This document shows positions 1 to 9,399 of a DNA stretch of 59,407 nucleotides, in pieces. The position numbers and the translations under genes are program-made. Under the pieces are notes generated by a model. The model worked only from the letters and a program-made list of their open reading frames with translations. It was not told where the DNA came from and made no database searches. The stretch's first letter is position 1. Every line of letters begins with the position of its first letter. The stretch spans positions 1 to 59,407 of the forward strand of contig JBBRFA010000004.1 of the NCBI GenBank assembly GCA_038225185.1, read 5' to 3'. This stretch comes from Chthoniobacterales bacterium. GTDB lineage: Bacteria > Verrucomicrobiota > Verrucomicrobiia > Chthoniobacterales > DASVRZ01.

Positions 1-1913
1 ATGGCTCCGGGCTGGGTTTTGAGGTGGGCTTTGATCTTGACGACGGCGGCTTCGGGAGTGAGGCCGTGTTTTTTACGCAAGATCGGGATGGTGCCGTGCT
101 CGATGAAGGCGTCGGGCCAGCCGATGCGGACGACGGGGGTGGTTATTCCGCTGTCGCCAAGTTGTTCCATGACGGCGGCACCGTAGCCGTTGTGCAGGAC
201 GTGATCCTCGAAGGTGCAGACGACTTCGCAGCCGCGGGCGAAAAATTCGAGCGTGGCGGTGTCCATCGGTTTGATCCAGCGCGGGTTGATGAGGGCGACT
301 GAAAAACCTTCCGCTTCCAGCAGGAGGGCGGTTTTTTCGGCGACCTCGAACATATTACCGAGGCCAAAGAGGGCGACTTGGGTGCCGTGCTGGACGACTT
401 CGGATTTGCCGATTTCGAGGAGGCGCGGGGTGGTTTTGGGTTTGGCGCCGGTGCCTGCTCCACGTGGGTAACGAATGGCGGTGGGGCCGTCTTGATGATG
501 CGACATGGTCCAGAGCATGTCGGCAAATTCCTCTTCGTTGCGAGGTTGCATGAAGACGATGCCGGGGACGTGACGGAGGTAGCCGATATCGAAGAGGCCG
601 TGGTGGGTGGGTCCGTCGTCACCGCTGAGACCGGCGCGATCCATGCAGAGGGCCACGTTAAGGTTTTGCAGTGCGATGTCGTGAATGATCATGTCGTAGG
701 CCCGTTGCATGAACGTCGAATAGATGGCGAGAAAGGGGGCGAAACCCTGGGTGGCGAGGCCGCAGGCAAAAAGGGCGGCGTGTTCCTCGGCGATGCCGAC
801 ATCGTAGAAGCGATCTGGATGTTTCTGGGCAAAATGGATGAGACCGGTGCCGGTGGGCATGGCGGCGGTGATGCCGACGATTTTGTTGTTGGTATCGGCA
901 AATTTGGCGAGGGTCTGCCCGAGGATTTCGGAATAGGTGGGCGTGGCGGCGGCGACGGTTTCGCCGCTGTCGATGGCGTATTTGCCGAGGCCGTGGAATT
1001 TATCGGGTTTGGCGATGGCGGGAGCGTAGCCTTTGCCTTTTTGGGTGAGGACGTGAAGAATGACGGGTTCGTCCTGGGTTTTTAAAAACTCAAAGGTGCG
1101 GGTAAGAAGGGGAAGATCGTGTCCGTCGATGGGGCCGTAGTAACGAAAACCGAGGTCCTCGAAGATGACACTGGGGAGGACGAGATGTTTAACGCCTTCC
1201 TCGGCTTTGCGGGCAAGGTTGAGGGCACTTTTTCCGCCGACCATGGAGATGAATTTGGCGGCCTGCTCGTGGAGATGAGCGAAGGTGGGGTGGGTGGTGA
1301 TTTTATTGAGGTAACCGGCGATGGCACCGACGTTTTTGGCGATGGACCATTCGTTGTCGTTGAGGACGACGATGAAACGTTTGGTCTGCTCGGCGACGTT
1401 ATTGAGGGCTTCGAAGCTGACTCCGCAGGTAAAAGCGGCATCGCCAGCGACGGTAACGATGTGTTCCTTCGTCCCGCGCATATCGCGTCCGACAGCCATG
1501 CCGAGGGCGGCGGAAAGGGCGGTGCCGGCGTGACCTGCGCCGTAGGAGTCGTGCGGGCTTTCGCTGCGGAGAAGAAAGCCGTTGAGGCCTGCGTATTGCC
1601 GGATGGTGTCGATGCGGTTGCGGCGTCCGGTCAGCAATTTATGGACGTAGCCTTGGTGGGAAACGTCGAAGACAAATTTATCGTTGGGAGTGGAGAAAAC
1701 GCGGTGAAGAGCGATGGTGAGCTCGACCACGCCGAGGTTGGGGCCGAGGTGACCGCCGGTTTGTGAGAGGACGTGAATGAGTTCGTCGCGAATTTCCTGG
1801 GCCAGTTGAGGGAGTTGAGATTCCTCGAGTGCCTTGAGATCGGCCGGGGAATGGATGAGATCGAGCAGAGGGCGTTCGATGGAAACAGGAGTGACGCTAG
1901 AAGAGGCTGACAT
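1..1913 (-). CDS. dxs: 1-deoxy-D-xylulose-5-phosphate synthase; the last few C-terminal codons lie beyond the window edge
   Basis: Not in the ORF track because it runs off the edge. Hand translation from ATG at 1913 gives MSASSSVTPVSIERPLLDLIHSPADLKALEESQLPQLAQEIRDELIHVLSQTGGHLGPNLGVVELTIALHRVFSTPNDKFVFDVSHQGYVHKLLTGRRN, a typical DXS N-terminus. The frame stays open to position 3 and ends ...VRIGWPDAFIEHGTIPILRKKHGLTPEAAVVKIKAHL, a typical DXS C-terminus. It sits downstream of xseB, as in the classical xseB-(ispA)-dxs arrangement. Confidence 0.9.
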   Translation of the reverse strand, partial: MSASSSVTPVSIERPLLDLIHSPADLKALEESQLPQLAQEIRDELIHVLSQTGGHLGPNLGVVELTIALHRVFSTPNDKFVFDVSHQGYVHKLLTGRRNRIDTIRQYAGLNGFLLRSESPHDSYGAGHAGTALSAALGMAVGRDMRGTKEHIVTVAGDAAFTCGVSFEALNNVAEQTKRFIVVLNDNEWSIAKNVGAIAGYLNKITTHPTFAHLHEQAAKFISMVGGKSALNLARKAEEGVKHLVLPSVIFEDLGFRYYGPIDGHDLPLLTRTFEFLKTQDEPVILHVLTQKGKGYAPAIAKPDKFHGLGKYAIDSGETVAAATPTYSEILGQTLAKFADTNNKIVGITAAMPTGTGLIHFAQKHPDRFYDVGIAEEHAALFACGLATQGFAPFLAIYSTFMQRAYDMIIHDIALQNLNVALCMDRAGLSGDDGPTHHGLFDIGYLRHVPGIVFMQPRNEEEFADMLWTMSHHQDGPTAIRYPRGAGTGAKPKTTPRLLEIGKSEVVQHGTQVALFGLGNMFEVAEKTALLLEAEGFSVALINPRWIKPMDTATLEFFARGCEVVCTFEDHVLHNGYGAAVMEQLGDSGITTPVVRIGWPDAFIEHGTIPILRKKHGLTPEAAVVKIKAHLKTQPGA

Positions 1914-2169
1914 CGGAGTTTGGTGAAGTGTTGGGGTTGGTATTGAGAGTTTCGGAGGTGGGAGGCGATTTGCGGGTGACGATTTCGATACGTTTTTCTG
2001 CGGCCTGCAATTTTTCCTGACAAAAAGAGGCAAGTTTGGTGCCTTCTTCGAATTTAATAAGTAATTCGTCCAGGGGTAACTGCGCGGATTCCATTTCCCC
2101 GACGATTTCTTCGAGCCGGTCGAGAGCGTTCTCAAAAGTGGGGACGGGTTCTTTACTGGGAGTGGGCAT
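1897..2169 (-). CDS. xseB: exodeoxyribonuclease VII small subunit
   Basis: Internal ATG at 2169 of ORF 1897..2238. The product MPTPSKEPVPTFENALDRLEEIVGEMESAQLPLDELLIKFEEGTKLASFCQEKLQAAEKRIEIV matches the XseB helical-hairpin pattern. It overlaps the dxs start by 17 nt. Confidence 0.85.
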   Translation of the reverse strand: MPTPSKEPVPTFENALDRLEEIVGEMESAQLPLDELLIKFEEGTKLASFCQEKLQAAEKRIEIVTRKSPPTSETLNTNPNTSPNSDVSLF

Positions 2170-2173
2170 AAGA

Positions 2174-3901
2174 TTAATTGCTCCAACGATCGCGATCGCT
2201 GTAAAAAATAGATTCGCCGTTAATGGGGAGCGGCACAAAGGCTTTGAGCGGGAAACGTTCCAGGGAAGCGGAATTGCGCAGGATGAGACCGGCCCAGGAT
2301 TTGTATTCGCCGGAAGCGATATTGGGGAAAAGTCCGAGATGACTGGTCACAGGGGTAAGATACACCCCGGCGATGGGCATTTGAAGTTGGTTATAATCGT
2401 TGAGAGTATTGAAATCTTCCACGGATTTAGGGAGCCAGAGGCTTTTGCGATCTGCATACCAGGCGACTGCGTAAGGCATGTCGGAGGCGATGATTTCGTT
2501 GGGCTGCATCCAGCGATTGAGCACGGCGATGATGGGCGGTGCGTAGGGAGGCCAGGCCAGGCGACTGGCGTTGCCCCGGGGTAGGAGAGCGAGAATAAGT
2601 TGCACGGAGGTGGCGAGAAAAACCACGGTGATAAAGGCCACCCTGGAATAAGGGAAATTGACTTCCATTCGCCCCCATAAAATGAGCAGAAAGGCAATGC
2701 CATAAAAGACAAAGGTTGGCGCAAAAAGGAGGTGTAATTGATTGGGGGAAATGAAGTCGGTGGATTGACCGGCGAAAGCCATCCCGATGAAGGCAAAAAG
2801 CCACATGGAAAGAATCGCCCAGCGCAGATCGGCGGTCTCTTTGCGTTTGAATCGATGCAACAAGGCCAGGAAGAAGATCGGCGCGGCGATGCTGTAGCCG
2901 AGAAGGGCAAAGAGTTTGCCAGATTGGGAGATGATCTCCTGGGTGACTTTTCCACGGAACCATGCGATGCCGATTCCTTTGAGAGAAGCATCATTCTGGC
3001 GCATCCAGGCGGCTTCGCTTTGCCTCACCTCATCGAATTGTGAGTAATAGGCGATGCCAAAGGGGCTGCCGGTTACTTTGACATTGCGAACGATCCAAGG
3101 CGAATAGACCAACATGGCGATGGCCAGAACGGCTGCGCCCGCCACACCGCGTGGTTTGAAGGCAAAACTGATAAAAAAGACCGCTCCCAATAAGATCCAG
3201 ATGGTGAGGCCATGGGTAAGAAGCAGCAGACCGAAAAGCAGGCCTATCAAGCCAAGTAAAATTCCGTAGGGCCGCCCTTCGCTTTGTGCGGAAATGGCTC
3301 TCACAAAAAGGTAAACAATTCCGCTAAAGATCAGGAGCAACAGACTTTGGGGAAGACCGGAGGTGGAATATTTCCAAAAAATATCGCTGACCAAGACGAG
3401 ACCGACGCCGAGGACGGCAAGTTTATGATCGAAAAGTCTTCGCGCGGTGAAATAACCAATGGTGACCGCCAGCAGAAAAAAGAGGATGCCAATAATGGCG
3501 ATGATCCGATCTCCCGCGTAAATAATTTCCTGGCCTTGTTTTTCCGGGTTCCAACCTTCTTTCACAAAGCTGAGTGCGGGAGCCAGGATATAAGGGAAGA
3601 GCGGTGCATTATAGGTATCTGGAAACGCCACGGCGCTGACGGGTTTGTTTTTCGACTCCAATTGAGCGATGGCCAGCGGGCGGATGGTCTGGGTAGTGAA
3701 ACCGTTGCCCCGAGCGATTTCGCGGGCGATTTGTGCCTGATCCATCGCTGTGCCATGCTCCAGGCCACGAAATTTAAAAATAATGTAAACGGTCGCGATG
3801 GTGAGAACCACGACAATGAACAGCACGCGGCGAATGATGCTGGCGAGGGAGCCTTGCTCCAGGTTGTGAACCAGATTTTGGATGGTGTTTTCTGATGCCA
3901 T
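2174..3901 (-). CDS. polytopic inner-membrane protein, possibly a GT-C/ArnT-like glycosyltransferase
   Basis: 575-aa ORF with an ATG start and many hydrophobic spans followed by a soluble C-terminal region. The function is guessed from architecture only. Confidence 0.65.
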   Translation of the reverse strand: MASENTIQNLVHNLEQGSLASIIRRVLFIVVVLTIATVYIIFKFRGLEHGTAMDQAQIAREIARGNGFTTQTIRPLAIAQLESKNKPVSAVAFPDTYNAPLFPYILAPALSFVKEGWNPEKQGQEIIYAGDRIIAIIGILFFLLAVTIGYFTARRLFDHKLAVLGVGLVLVSDIFWKYSTSGLPQSLLLLIFSGIVYLFVRAISAQSEGRPYGILLGLIGLLFGLLLLTHGLTIWILLGAVFFISFAFKPRGVAGAAVLAIAMLVYSPWIVRNVKVTGSPFGIAYYSQFDEVRQSEAAWMRQNDASLKGIGIAWFRGKVTQEIISQSGKLFALLGYSIAAPIFFLALLHRFKRKETADLRWAILSMWLFAFIGMAFAGQSTDFISPNQLHLLFAPTFVFYGIAFLLILWGRMEVNFPYSRVAFITVVFLATSVQLILALLPRGNASRLAWPPYAPPIIAVLNRWMQPNEIIASDMPYAVAWYADRKSLWLPKSVEDFNTLNDYNQLQMPIAGVYLTPVTSHLGLFPNIASGEYKSWAGLILRNSASLERFPLKAFVPLPINGESIFYSDRDRWSN

Positions 3902-3938
3902 GAGAGCAGGTGATTGGGATGGAGTAAAAGCGGGCGGA

Positions 3939-5303
3939 TTAAGAAATATTCAGTTCGTGGAGACGACGATGGAGGGTTCGGCGACTGATGCCGAGTTTTT
4001 TGGCAGCTTCAGTCCGATTACCATCGCAATCTTCGAGAGCGCGCATGATGAGGCGAGTTTCGGAATCATGCAAATTCAAATGATTGCTTCTGGAGGAAAT
4101 TACCTGGCTGCCACCGGCACCGATTTCGTCGATGGCTTCCCGGACCGAAAGAGGCAGGTCGCGGACGGTGATTTGATCGGATTTGGCCATCACCACACCG
4201 TGCTCCATGGCGGTGCGGAGTTCTCGCACGTTGCCTTTCCATTCATGCCGCAGCACCGATTCCATCGCCTCGGGGCTGAGTGGACGGTAGGGTTTCCCGT
4301 TGGCATCGGCGAATTTATGGAGGAAATTCTCGACCAGCAACGGGAGATCTTCTTTGCGTTCGCGCAGGGGGGGCATGGTGACGCGGACCACATTCAGGCG
4401 ATAAAAAAGATCGTCGCGGAATTTGCCTTCCGCCACCAGCTTGGCGAGGTCTTTGTTGGTGGCGCAGACGAGGCGCACATCCACTTTGACGGTGGTATTG
4501 CCGCCGACGCGTTCAAATTCCCCCGGATCGAGGGCGCGGAGGATTTTGACCTGGGTGTTGGCGTCAATTTCGCCGATTTCGTCGAGAAAAAGCGTGCCGC
4601 CATTGGCTTGCTCGAAGCGTCCGATGCGTTTCTCGGTGGCACCGGTAAAAGCGCCGCGTTCGTGACCGAAAAGTTCGCTTTCCAAAAGTTGCGGCGAAAG
4701 GGCCGCGCAATGCACCGCGATGAAGCGGGTTTTATTGCGGTTGCTTAAATTATGGATGGCTGAGGCGACCAACTCCTTCCCCGTGCCACTCTCGCCTTGG
4801 ATGAGCACGGTGGCTCGCGAAGGTGCCACCTGCCGGATAATGTCGAAGACTTCCTCCATCGGCTGGCTGCTGCCAATGATGTTTTCCAGGCCGAATTTTT
4901 TTTCCACCACCTGCTTAAGTTCAATCACTTCCGCCTCGGTTCTCCGACTGCGGAGCGCGCGGTGGATTAAAATCTCCAGCTCATCGAGGTTGATCGGTTT
5001 GGTGACGAAATCATACGCCCCGCGTTTCATGGCTTCGACCGCGGTGTTTACCGATCCATAGGCGGTCATCATGATGCAAATGGGCGGCTTGGCTCGACCA
5101 ATGGCGCGATCGATCAAGGCCATGCCGTCATCACCTCCCAAGCGGAGATCGGTCACCATTACATCCACCTGCTCATTCTCCAGCACGGCCCAGGCTCCTG
5201 CGGCATCCGCCGCCACATAGACGTCAAAAGAATCCTCCAGCGAGTTGCGGAGGCCGTCGCGGGTGTGTTTTTCGTCATCGACGATCAGGATTACCGGATT
5301 CAC
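3939..5303 (-). CDS. sigma-54-dependent response regulator (NtrC family)
   Basis: Receiver domain (ILIVDDE...DVMVTDLRLGG), AAA+ sigma-54 interaction motifs (GESGTGKE, GAFTGA, ESELFGHE) and a C-terminal Fis-type HTH. The GTG start overlaps the kinase stop (GTGA). Confidence 0.92.
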   Translation of the reverse strand: MNPVILIVDDEKHTRDGLRNSLEDSFDVYVAADAAGAWAVLENEQVDVMVTDLRLGGDDGMALIDRAIGRAKPPICIMMTAYGSVNTAVEAMKRGAYDFVTKPINLDELEILIHRALRSRRTEAEVIELKQVVEKKFGLENIIGSSQPMEEVFDIIRQVAPSRATVLIQGESGTGKELVASAIHNLSNRNKTRFIAVHCAALSPQLLESELFGHERGAFTGATEKRIGRFEQANGGTLFLDEIGEIDANTQVKILRALDPGEFERVGGNTTVKVDVRLVCATNKDLAKLVAEGKFRDDLFYRLNVVRVTMPPLRERKEDLPLLVENFLHKFADANGKPYRPLSPEAMESVLRHEWKGNVRELRTAMEHGVVMAKSDQITVRDLPLSVREAIDEIGAGGSQVISSRSNHLNLHDSETRLIMRALEDCDGNRTEAAKKLGISRRTLHRRLHELNIS

Positions 5304-6514
5304 GCAGTCACCTCCGAAGCGGGTTCGATCTCGATGGCATCCTTGCTTGGAGCGCCCAGCATACGAATGCGGCGTTCGCCAAAAGGCAGGCGTATGGTAA
5401 TCGTAAGTCCCTTGCCCTCATGACTTTCCAACTCAATTTCCCCGCCATGTTCGCGCACGATCCGTCGCACGATGAGCAGTCCCAGGCCGCTGCCGCCTTC
5501 CTTGGTAGTAAAATAAGGCTGAAAAATCCGACTCATGTTTTCCGCCGAAATACCACCGCCAGTGTCCGAAAAACTGATCGCCACATGTTCCTCCCCTCGC
5601 AAACTGCGAATGTGAAGGATGCCGCCGGTTTTCATGGCTTGGAAACTATTTTTAATGAGGTTGTAAATCGCTTGTTTGATTTGATTTTTATCCACTTCGA
5701 GGAGAGGTAATTCCCCGGCAAGATCGGTCTCCACCAACACGTCGCGATCATCGATTTCACGGGCCAAAAATGAGACGGACTCCTGGATAATGGCATTGAT
5801 GTCCTCGCGTTGCACCTGAGGTTGCGTGGGGCGGATGGCTCGTAAAAATTGATTGACGATATAATCAAGGCGTTTGATTTCTTCCTGGGCGATGGCGACC
5901 GATTCTTCGAGCAGCGGACGCTGTTTTGACTCCAGTTTGCGAATGCGACGCTCCATCAGTTGAAGGTGGATGTGAAGAGAGTTGAGTGGATTACCGATTT
6001 CGTGCGCGACTCCGGCGGCCAGCAGGGTAAGGGCCGAAAAACGCTCAGTTTCCAGTGATTCCTCAGTGGACCGTCGGGTCTCGGTGATGTCGCGCAGGAT
6101 GACTGCGTAACCATGCTCTTCTTTCGAATAAGATGAATGTTCCTCCGCCTCGTCCAGATTAAATGGAACCACGTAAAAATTGATGAATCGATTTTGCGGG
6201 TAAAAAATCTCCATGTCGCGACTGATCACCCGATCCGACTGGGATAATCCCCGCCAATCCAGCCCACGCACACGATCTGTCAGTAATTCGCCAATGTCCG
6301 ACACTGCATCCAATCCACACAAGGCGCAGGCGGCTTGATTCAAGTATAAAATACGACTGGAGGAATCGGTGACAATCACGCCTTCTTGCAAGGCGTTGAA
6401 GATGCGCTCGAAAAATCCTTTTTCCTGCGCCAACCGCAGAATGTAGCTCTGCACCGCCTCGGGTTCGACCCGATGCAAACGATCCAGTAGTTTATCGAGG
6501 AAGCCTGGTTTCAT
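5300..6514 (-). CDS. PAS-domain sensor histidine kinase (NtrB/AtoS-like)
   Basis: H-box AHEIGNPLNSL plus HATPase_c motifs (NLIKNSFQA, DTGGGI, GSGLGL). It is translationally coupled to the downstream response regulator. Confidence 0.9.
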   Translation of the reverse strand: MKPGFLDKLLDRLHRVEPEAVQSYILRLAQEKGFFERIFNALQEGVIVTDSSSRILYLNQAACALCGLDAVSDIGELLTDRVRGLDWRGLSQSDRVISRDMEIFYPQNRFINFYVVPFNLDEAEEHSSYSKEEHGYAVILRDITETRRSTEESLETERFSALTLLAAGVAHEIGNPLNSLHIHLQLMERRIRKLESKQRPLLEESVAIAQEEIKRLDYIVNQFLRAIRPTQPQVQREDINAIIQESVSFLAREIDDRDVLVETDLAGELPLLEVDKNQIKQAIYNLIKNSFQAMKTGGILHIRSLRGEEHVAISFSDTGGGISAENMSRIFQPYFTTKEGGSGLGLLIVRRIVREHGGEIELESHEGKGLTITIRLPFGERRIRMLGAPSKDAIEIEPASEVTA

Positions 6515-6636
6515 GTCAGAAAAGAGACAGAATGACGCAGTTCATTGAATTTTGCAAGCAGCCTCTTGTGTTCTGGTGGTTGAAGTTACCGTATTTGACA
6601 CCGCGTTGGTCGGCGTTTAAACTCACCGCCCCGACC

Positions 6637-7464
6637 ATGAAGAGGTTTTTCATCTCCATACTCGCCTCGGCGTTCCTATTTTCCTTGAATTTTCCGCTGG
6701 CGACAGCGCAAACCGTTTCTTCGCACACCGATTTAACTTCGAAATTACGCGAGCGCGTGCTGGAAAAAATCGATGCCATGCAGCCGGTGTCATTTAAATC
6801 AGCCCGTCACGGCAGGTATCCTTGGAAGGAAAATATCGTTACCACTGTTTTCTGGGTGGGAGAGCATCCCACACCGCGCAATCCGACGCCAAATTATGCC
6901 AGCAGTTGGGATCGTCATTGGGCGAGAAGCTTTGGCGGCTACGATAATCCCGATCCACGCGCCAGACGTGGCTTTATCCCGGTCAACTTTGTTCCCCGGC
7001 AAAACCCTTTTTACATTGCTCTGCCTTATAATGATGTGACTCGTGGGACCACAAAACCCGAGGCTCCAGGTGCGATTCCCTGGTTCAAGGAAGCATACGA
7101 GCGACCCGGAAAAAGTGTTTGCAAGGGGCGCTGGTTGGCCATTCGCAAGGGCGACCGTATTTGCTACGCCCAATGGGAGGATTGCGGACCTTTTCGCACC
7201 GATCACTGGCAATATGTTTTTGGTAACGAACGCCCCCGGCCCAACTTAAACCAGGGCGCAGGTCTGGATGTATCGCCCGCCGTGCGAGATTATCTGGGCA
7301 TGTCGGGCAAAGATATCACCTCTTGGAAATTTGTGGAATTTGAGGAAGTGCCGCACGGCCCGTGGTCGCTTTATGGCGATAACAATACGTTCGTGCAAAA
7401 CCGCCGCAAACGTGCAGATGCGGTCGTTCGCAACGAACTGCCGCCGACTGCTTTTCGGGAATAA
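6637..7464 (+). CDS. secreted protein with an RlpA/DPBB-like (double-psi beta-barrel) C-terminal pattern
   Basis: Internal ATG at 6637 gives the signal peptide MKRFFISILASAFLFSLNFPLATAQ. CKGRWLAIRKGDRICYAQWEDCGPF...AGLDVSPAVRDYLGM resembles the DPBB pattern G..V.V...G..V...V.DRGP...iDLS.aaf..LG. Confidence 0.55.
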   Translation: MKRFFISILASAFLFSLNFPLATAQTVSSHTDLTSKLRERVLEKIDAMQPVSFKSARHGRYPWKENIVTTVFWVGEHPTPRNPTPNYASSWDRHWARSFGGYDNPDPRARRGFIPVNFVPRQNPFYIALPYNDVTRGTTKPEAPGAIPWFKEAYERPGKSVCKGRWLAIRKGDRICYAQWEDCGPFRTDHWQYVFGNERPRPNLNQGAGLDVSPAVRDYLGMSGKDITSWKFVEFEEVPHGPWSLYGDNNTFVQNRRKRADAVVRNELPPTAFRE

Positions 7465-7468
7465 AAAA

Positions 7469-8578
7469 TCAGGAGACAGGTGCCGATTGCTGCTCGGCCA
7501 CCCATTTTTTGTAAAGCACCGGAGAAATCTCCGAGGGTTTGATTTCGCTGCGGCCACCCCAAAAAACGTTGGTGTAACTGACCGGCATCCCGATTTTTTC
7601 CAAATGCGCATCGATGGCAGCTTTATGTTCGAGCAAACGCGGTTTTTCGGTGCCGTGGGCCACGGCCATAATGTTGACGCCACGAAATTCCGGACCTCCC
7701 TCACGCCAGTAACAATGGGTGAGAATGTCGTGACGACCTATCTCCGATCCCGCCTCAATCTCGCGTCCAGCCGGGATGGCCCAATGGAAAAGGCCATTGA
7801 AACGGGTGACGCGCACGCCGGTTAACGAAGGTTTCACGTGTTCAAGGAAAGTGGAAAAACGCCCGATAACTTTACGCCGATTCAGTTCCCCGGCGGTTTC
7901 GCAAAAGTCTTCCAAAGAGACGCCGGCTTCCTGAGCCCGAGCCGCCCAGGGATTGACGATAATTTCTTCCGGCAAAAACTCACGTTTGAGGCTCAGCAAT
8001 ATGTTCCATTCCCGGTCGCTCAGTTGGACGACGCCAGTTTTCAGCATGGTGGCGGGGAGGACGGATTTATCACCAGGTTCGATGGTTTTGCGCCGCACAT
8101 GCCCTACTCCGAGAGCAAAAATACCTTTGGCTGGCATCAGCCGAAAACTATTCGCTCCGGTGATTTCGCATAAAAGCTGGCAATGCGCGTCGAGGCTGAA
8201 CCCGGCGGGCACTTTCACGGTGGTCCATAACTTGTATTCCGACCCGGGGGTGACAGAATCGGTCGAACGAACCACGACATGGCCGGAAAAAGGGTCGTTC
8301 TTTGACATAAAATCGAACGATGTATCAAGTTTATCGGGAGCAACTTTCCAGGCGACCAAGGCACCTTCCGCAAGATTGGTGGCGATGAGGGTTTGACGCA
8401 CGCGCCGGATCGTCTGGGCCTCCAGCATGGCGCGAATGCGCTGCAAGACGACTTCCAATTCCACGCCAGATTCCTCGGCAATTTGCACAAAAGGTTCACG
8501 GACAAAGCCTTGGATGCGATCTTCTGAGACGGCAAGAATCCGTTCGTTGATCGGGTCGTGGTGTTCTATTGGGATCAT
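7469..8578 (-). CDS. tandem AsnC/Lrp-like protein resembling fused siroheme decarboxylase (NirDL/AhbAB family)
   Basis: 369 aa containing two repeats of an HTH-plus-ligand-domain pattern (FVQIAEESGVELEVVLQRIRAMLEAQTIRRV and WAARAQEAGVSLEDFCETAGELNRRKVIGRF). The assignment rests on pattern recall only. Confidence 0.5.
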   Translation of the reverse strand: MIPIEHHDPINERILAVSEDRIQGFVREPFVQIAEESGVELEVVLQRIRAMLEAQTIRRVRQTLIATNLAEGALVAWKVAPDKLDTSFDFMSKNDPFSGHVVVRSTDSVTPGSEYKLWTTVKVPAGFSLDAHCQLLCEITGANSFRLMPAKGIFALGVGHVRRKTIEPGDKSVLPATMLKTGVVQLSDREWNILLSLKREFLPEEIIVNPWAARAQEAGVSLEDFCETAGELNRRKVIGRFSTFLEHVKPSLTGVRVTRFNGLFHWAIPAGREIEAGSEIGRHDILTHCYWREGGPEFRGVNIMAVAHGTEKPRLLEHKAAIDAHLEKIGMPVSYTNVFWGGRSEIKPSEISPVLYKKWVAEQQSAPVS

Positions 8579-8586
8579 AAATGCTA

Positions 8587-8991
8587 TTATTCGAGGACCT
8601 CAAAACCGCCATACTGTTGAAAATGGCGATCAAAACTCAGCGCGCGTTTGATACTTAATCTCTCCATGACAACAAAGGAAGTGGCATCGCAAAATGGGAA
8701 ACCCTTGTCGCGATAAAGCTCCAGAAGGTCCAAGGCTTCCCGGTAATCTTGAGGCGTAAGGGTTTCCATAATAACCGTGGGATTGTGCCAGAAATCTTTG
8801 ATAACACTATTTCTTAAAATCTTCGATCGACAAAATGTGGCGTGAACCTCGGCAAATATAAGGGGAGTGACCAGGAGTCGATTTCGCTCACCTAAAACCT
8901 TGCGCACCAAGGCTTTGGCTCGGAGGTGTTCCACGTCCCGCTCATTGCGCAAGGCAATCCAGAAGGAGGAATCGGCCAGCACCGTTTGCAT
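8587..8991 (-). CDS. vapC: PIN-domain toxin (VapC family)
   Basis: 134 aa with the acidic PIN signature positions (LADSSFW, FAEV, FCDATS, SFDRHF). Its start overlaps the stop of the upstream small gene by 1 nt. Confidence 0.85.
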   Translation of the reverse strand: MQTVLADSSFWIALRNERDVEHLRAKALVRKVLGERNRLLVTPLIFAEVHATFCRSKILRNSVIKDFWHNPTVIMETLTPQDYREALDLLELYRDKGFPFCDATSFVVMERLSIKRALSFDRHFQQYGGFEVLE

Positions 8992-9374
8992 CAGCTTTTT
9001 TGGGCCAACGACTGGGAAAGTTCAATCTTCGGCAGCCCATAAAGATAATGATCGAGATTCCGCGACAGATCGACAGGCCCATCCCAAGCAACATCGGGAG
9101 GTGCTTCTTCCAGGAGTGAATTCTGTTCCCAGGCACTTTCCGGAATGTGCATTTTTTCGTCGATGAAGGCGCGGAGGATGCCGGCCATCGTGCCTCCGGT
9201 GCGCTGAGCTTCACTTAGAAGAAACGCATGCTCTTCCGCAGTGAGGTAAATCTGGGTGCGGACCATGACTCGACCATTACCGACGCCTTCGATCCCTTGG
9301 CTGAGATCGGAGCTTTCTTTCAGCACGGTAGGCTCAAAAGCTTCGCTAACTTTGTAAACCGCTTGTTGCTTCAT
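8991..9374 (-). CDS. vapB: ribbon-helix-helix antitoxin (VapB/CopG-like); the true start may be the ATG at 9266
   Basis: The segment VRTQIYLTAEEHAFLLSEAQRTGGTMAGILRAFIDE is a typical RHH fold. It lies immediately upstream of the PIN gene and overlaps it. Confidence 0.7.
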   Translation of the reverse strand: MKQQAVYKVSEAFEPTVLKESSDLSQGIEGVGNGRVMVRTQIYLTAEEHAFLLSEAQRTGGTMAGILRAFIDEKMHIPESAWEQNSLLEEAPPDVAWDGPVDLSRNLDHYLYGLPKIELSQSLAQKS

Positions 9375-9399
9375 TCCGCAGTATATACATCAAGCTTCA

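Noticed and set aside
378-1766. Plus-strand ORFs (378..1085 and 1119..1766) of 215-235 aa, rich in G/A/D/E/V.
   Set aside because: They are antisense shadows of dxs, whose minus-strand translation is unmistakable. Their composition is typical of reverse-frame GC-rich coding DNA.
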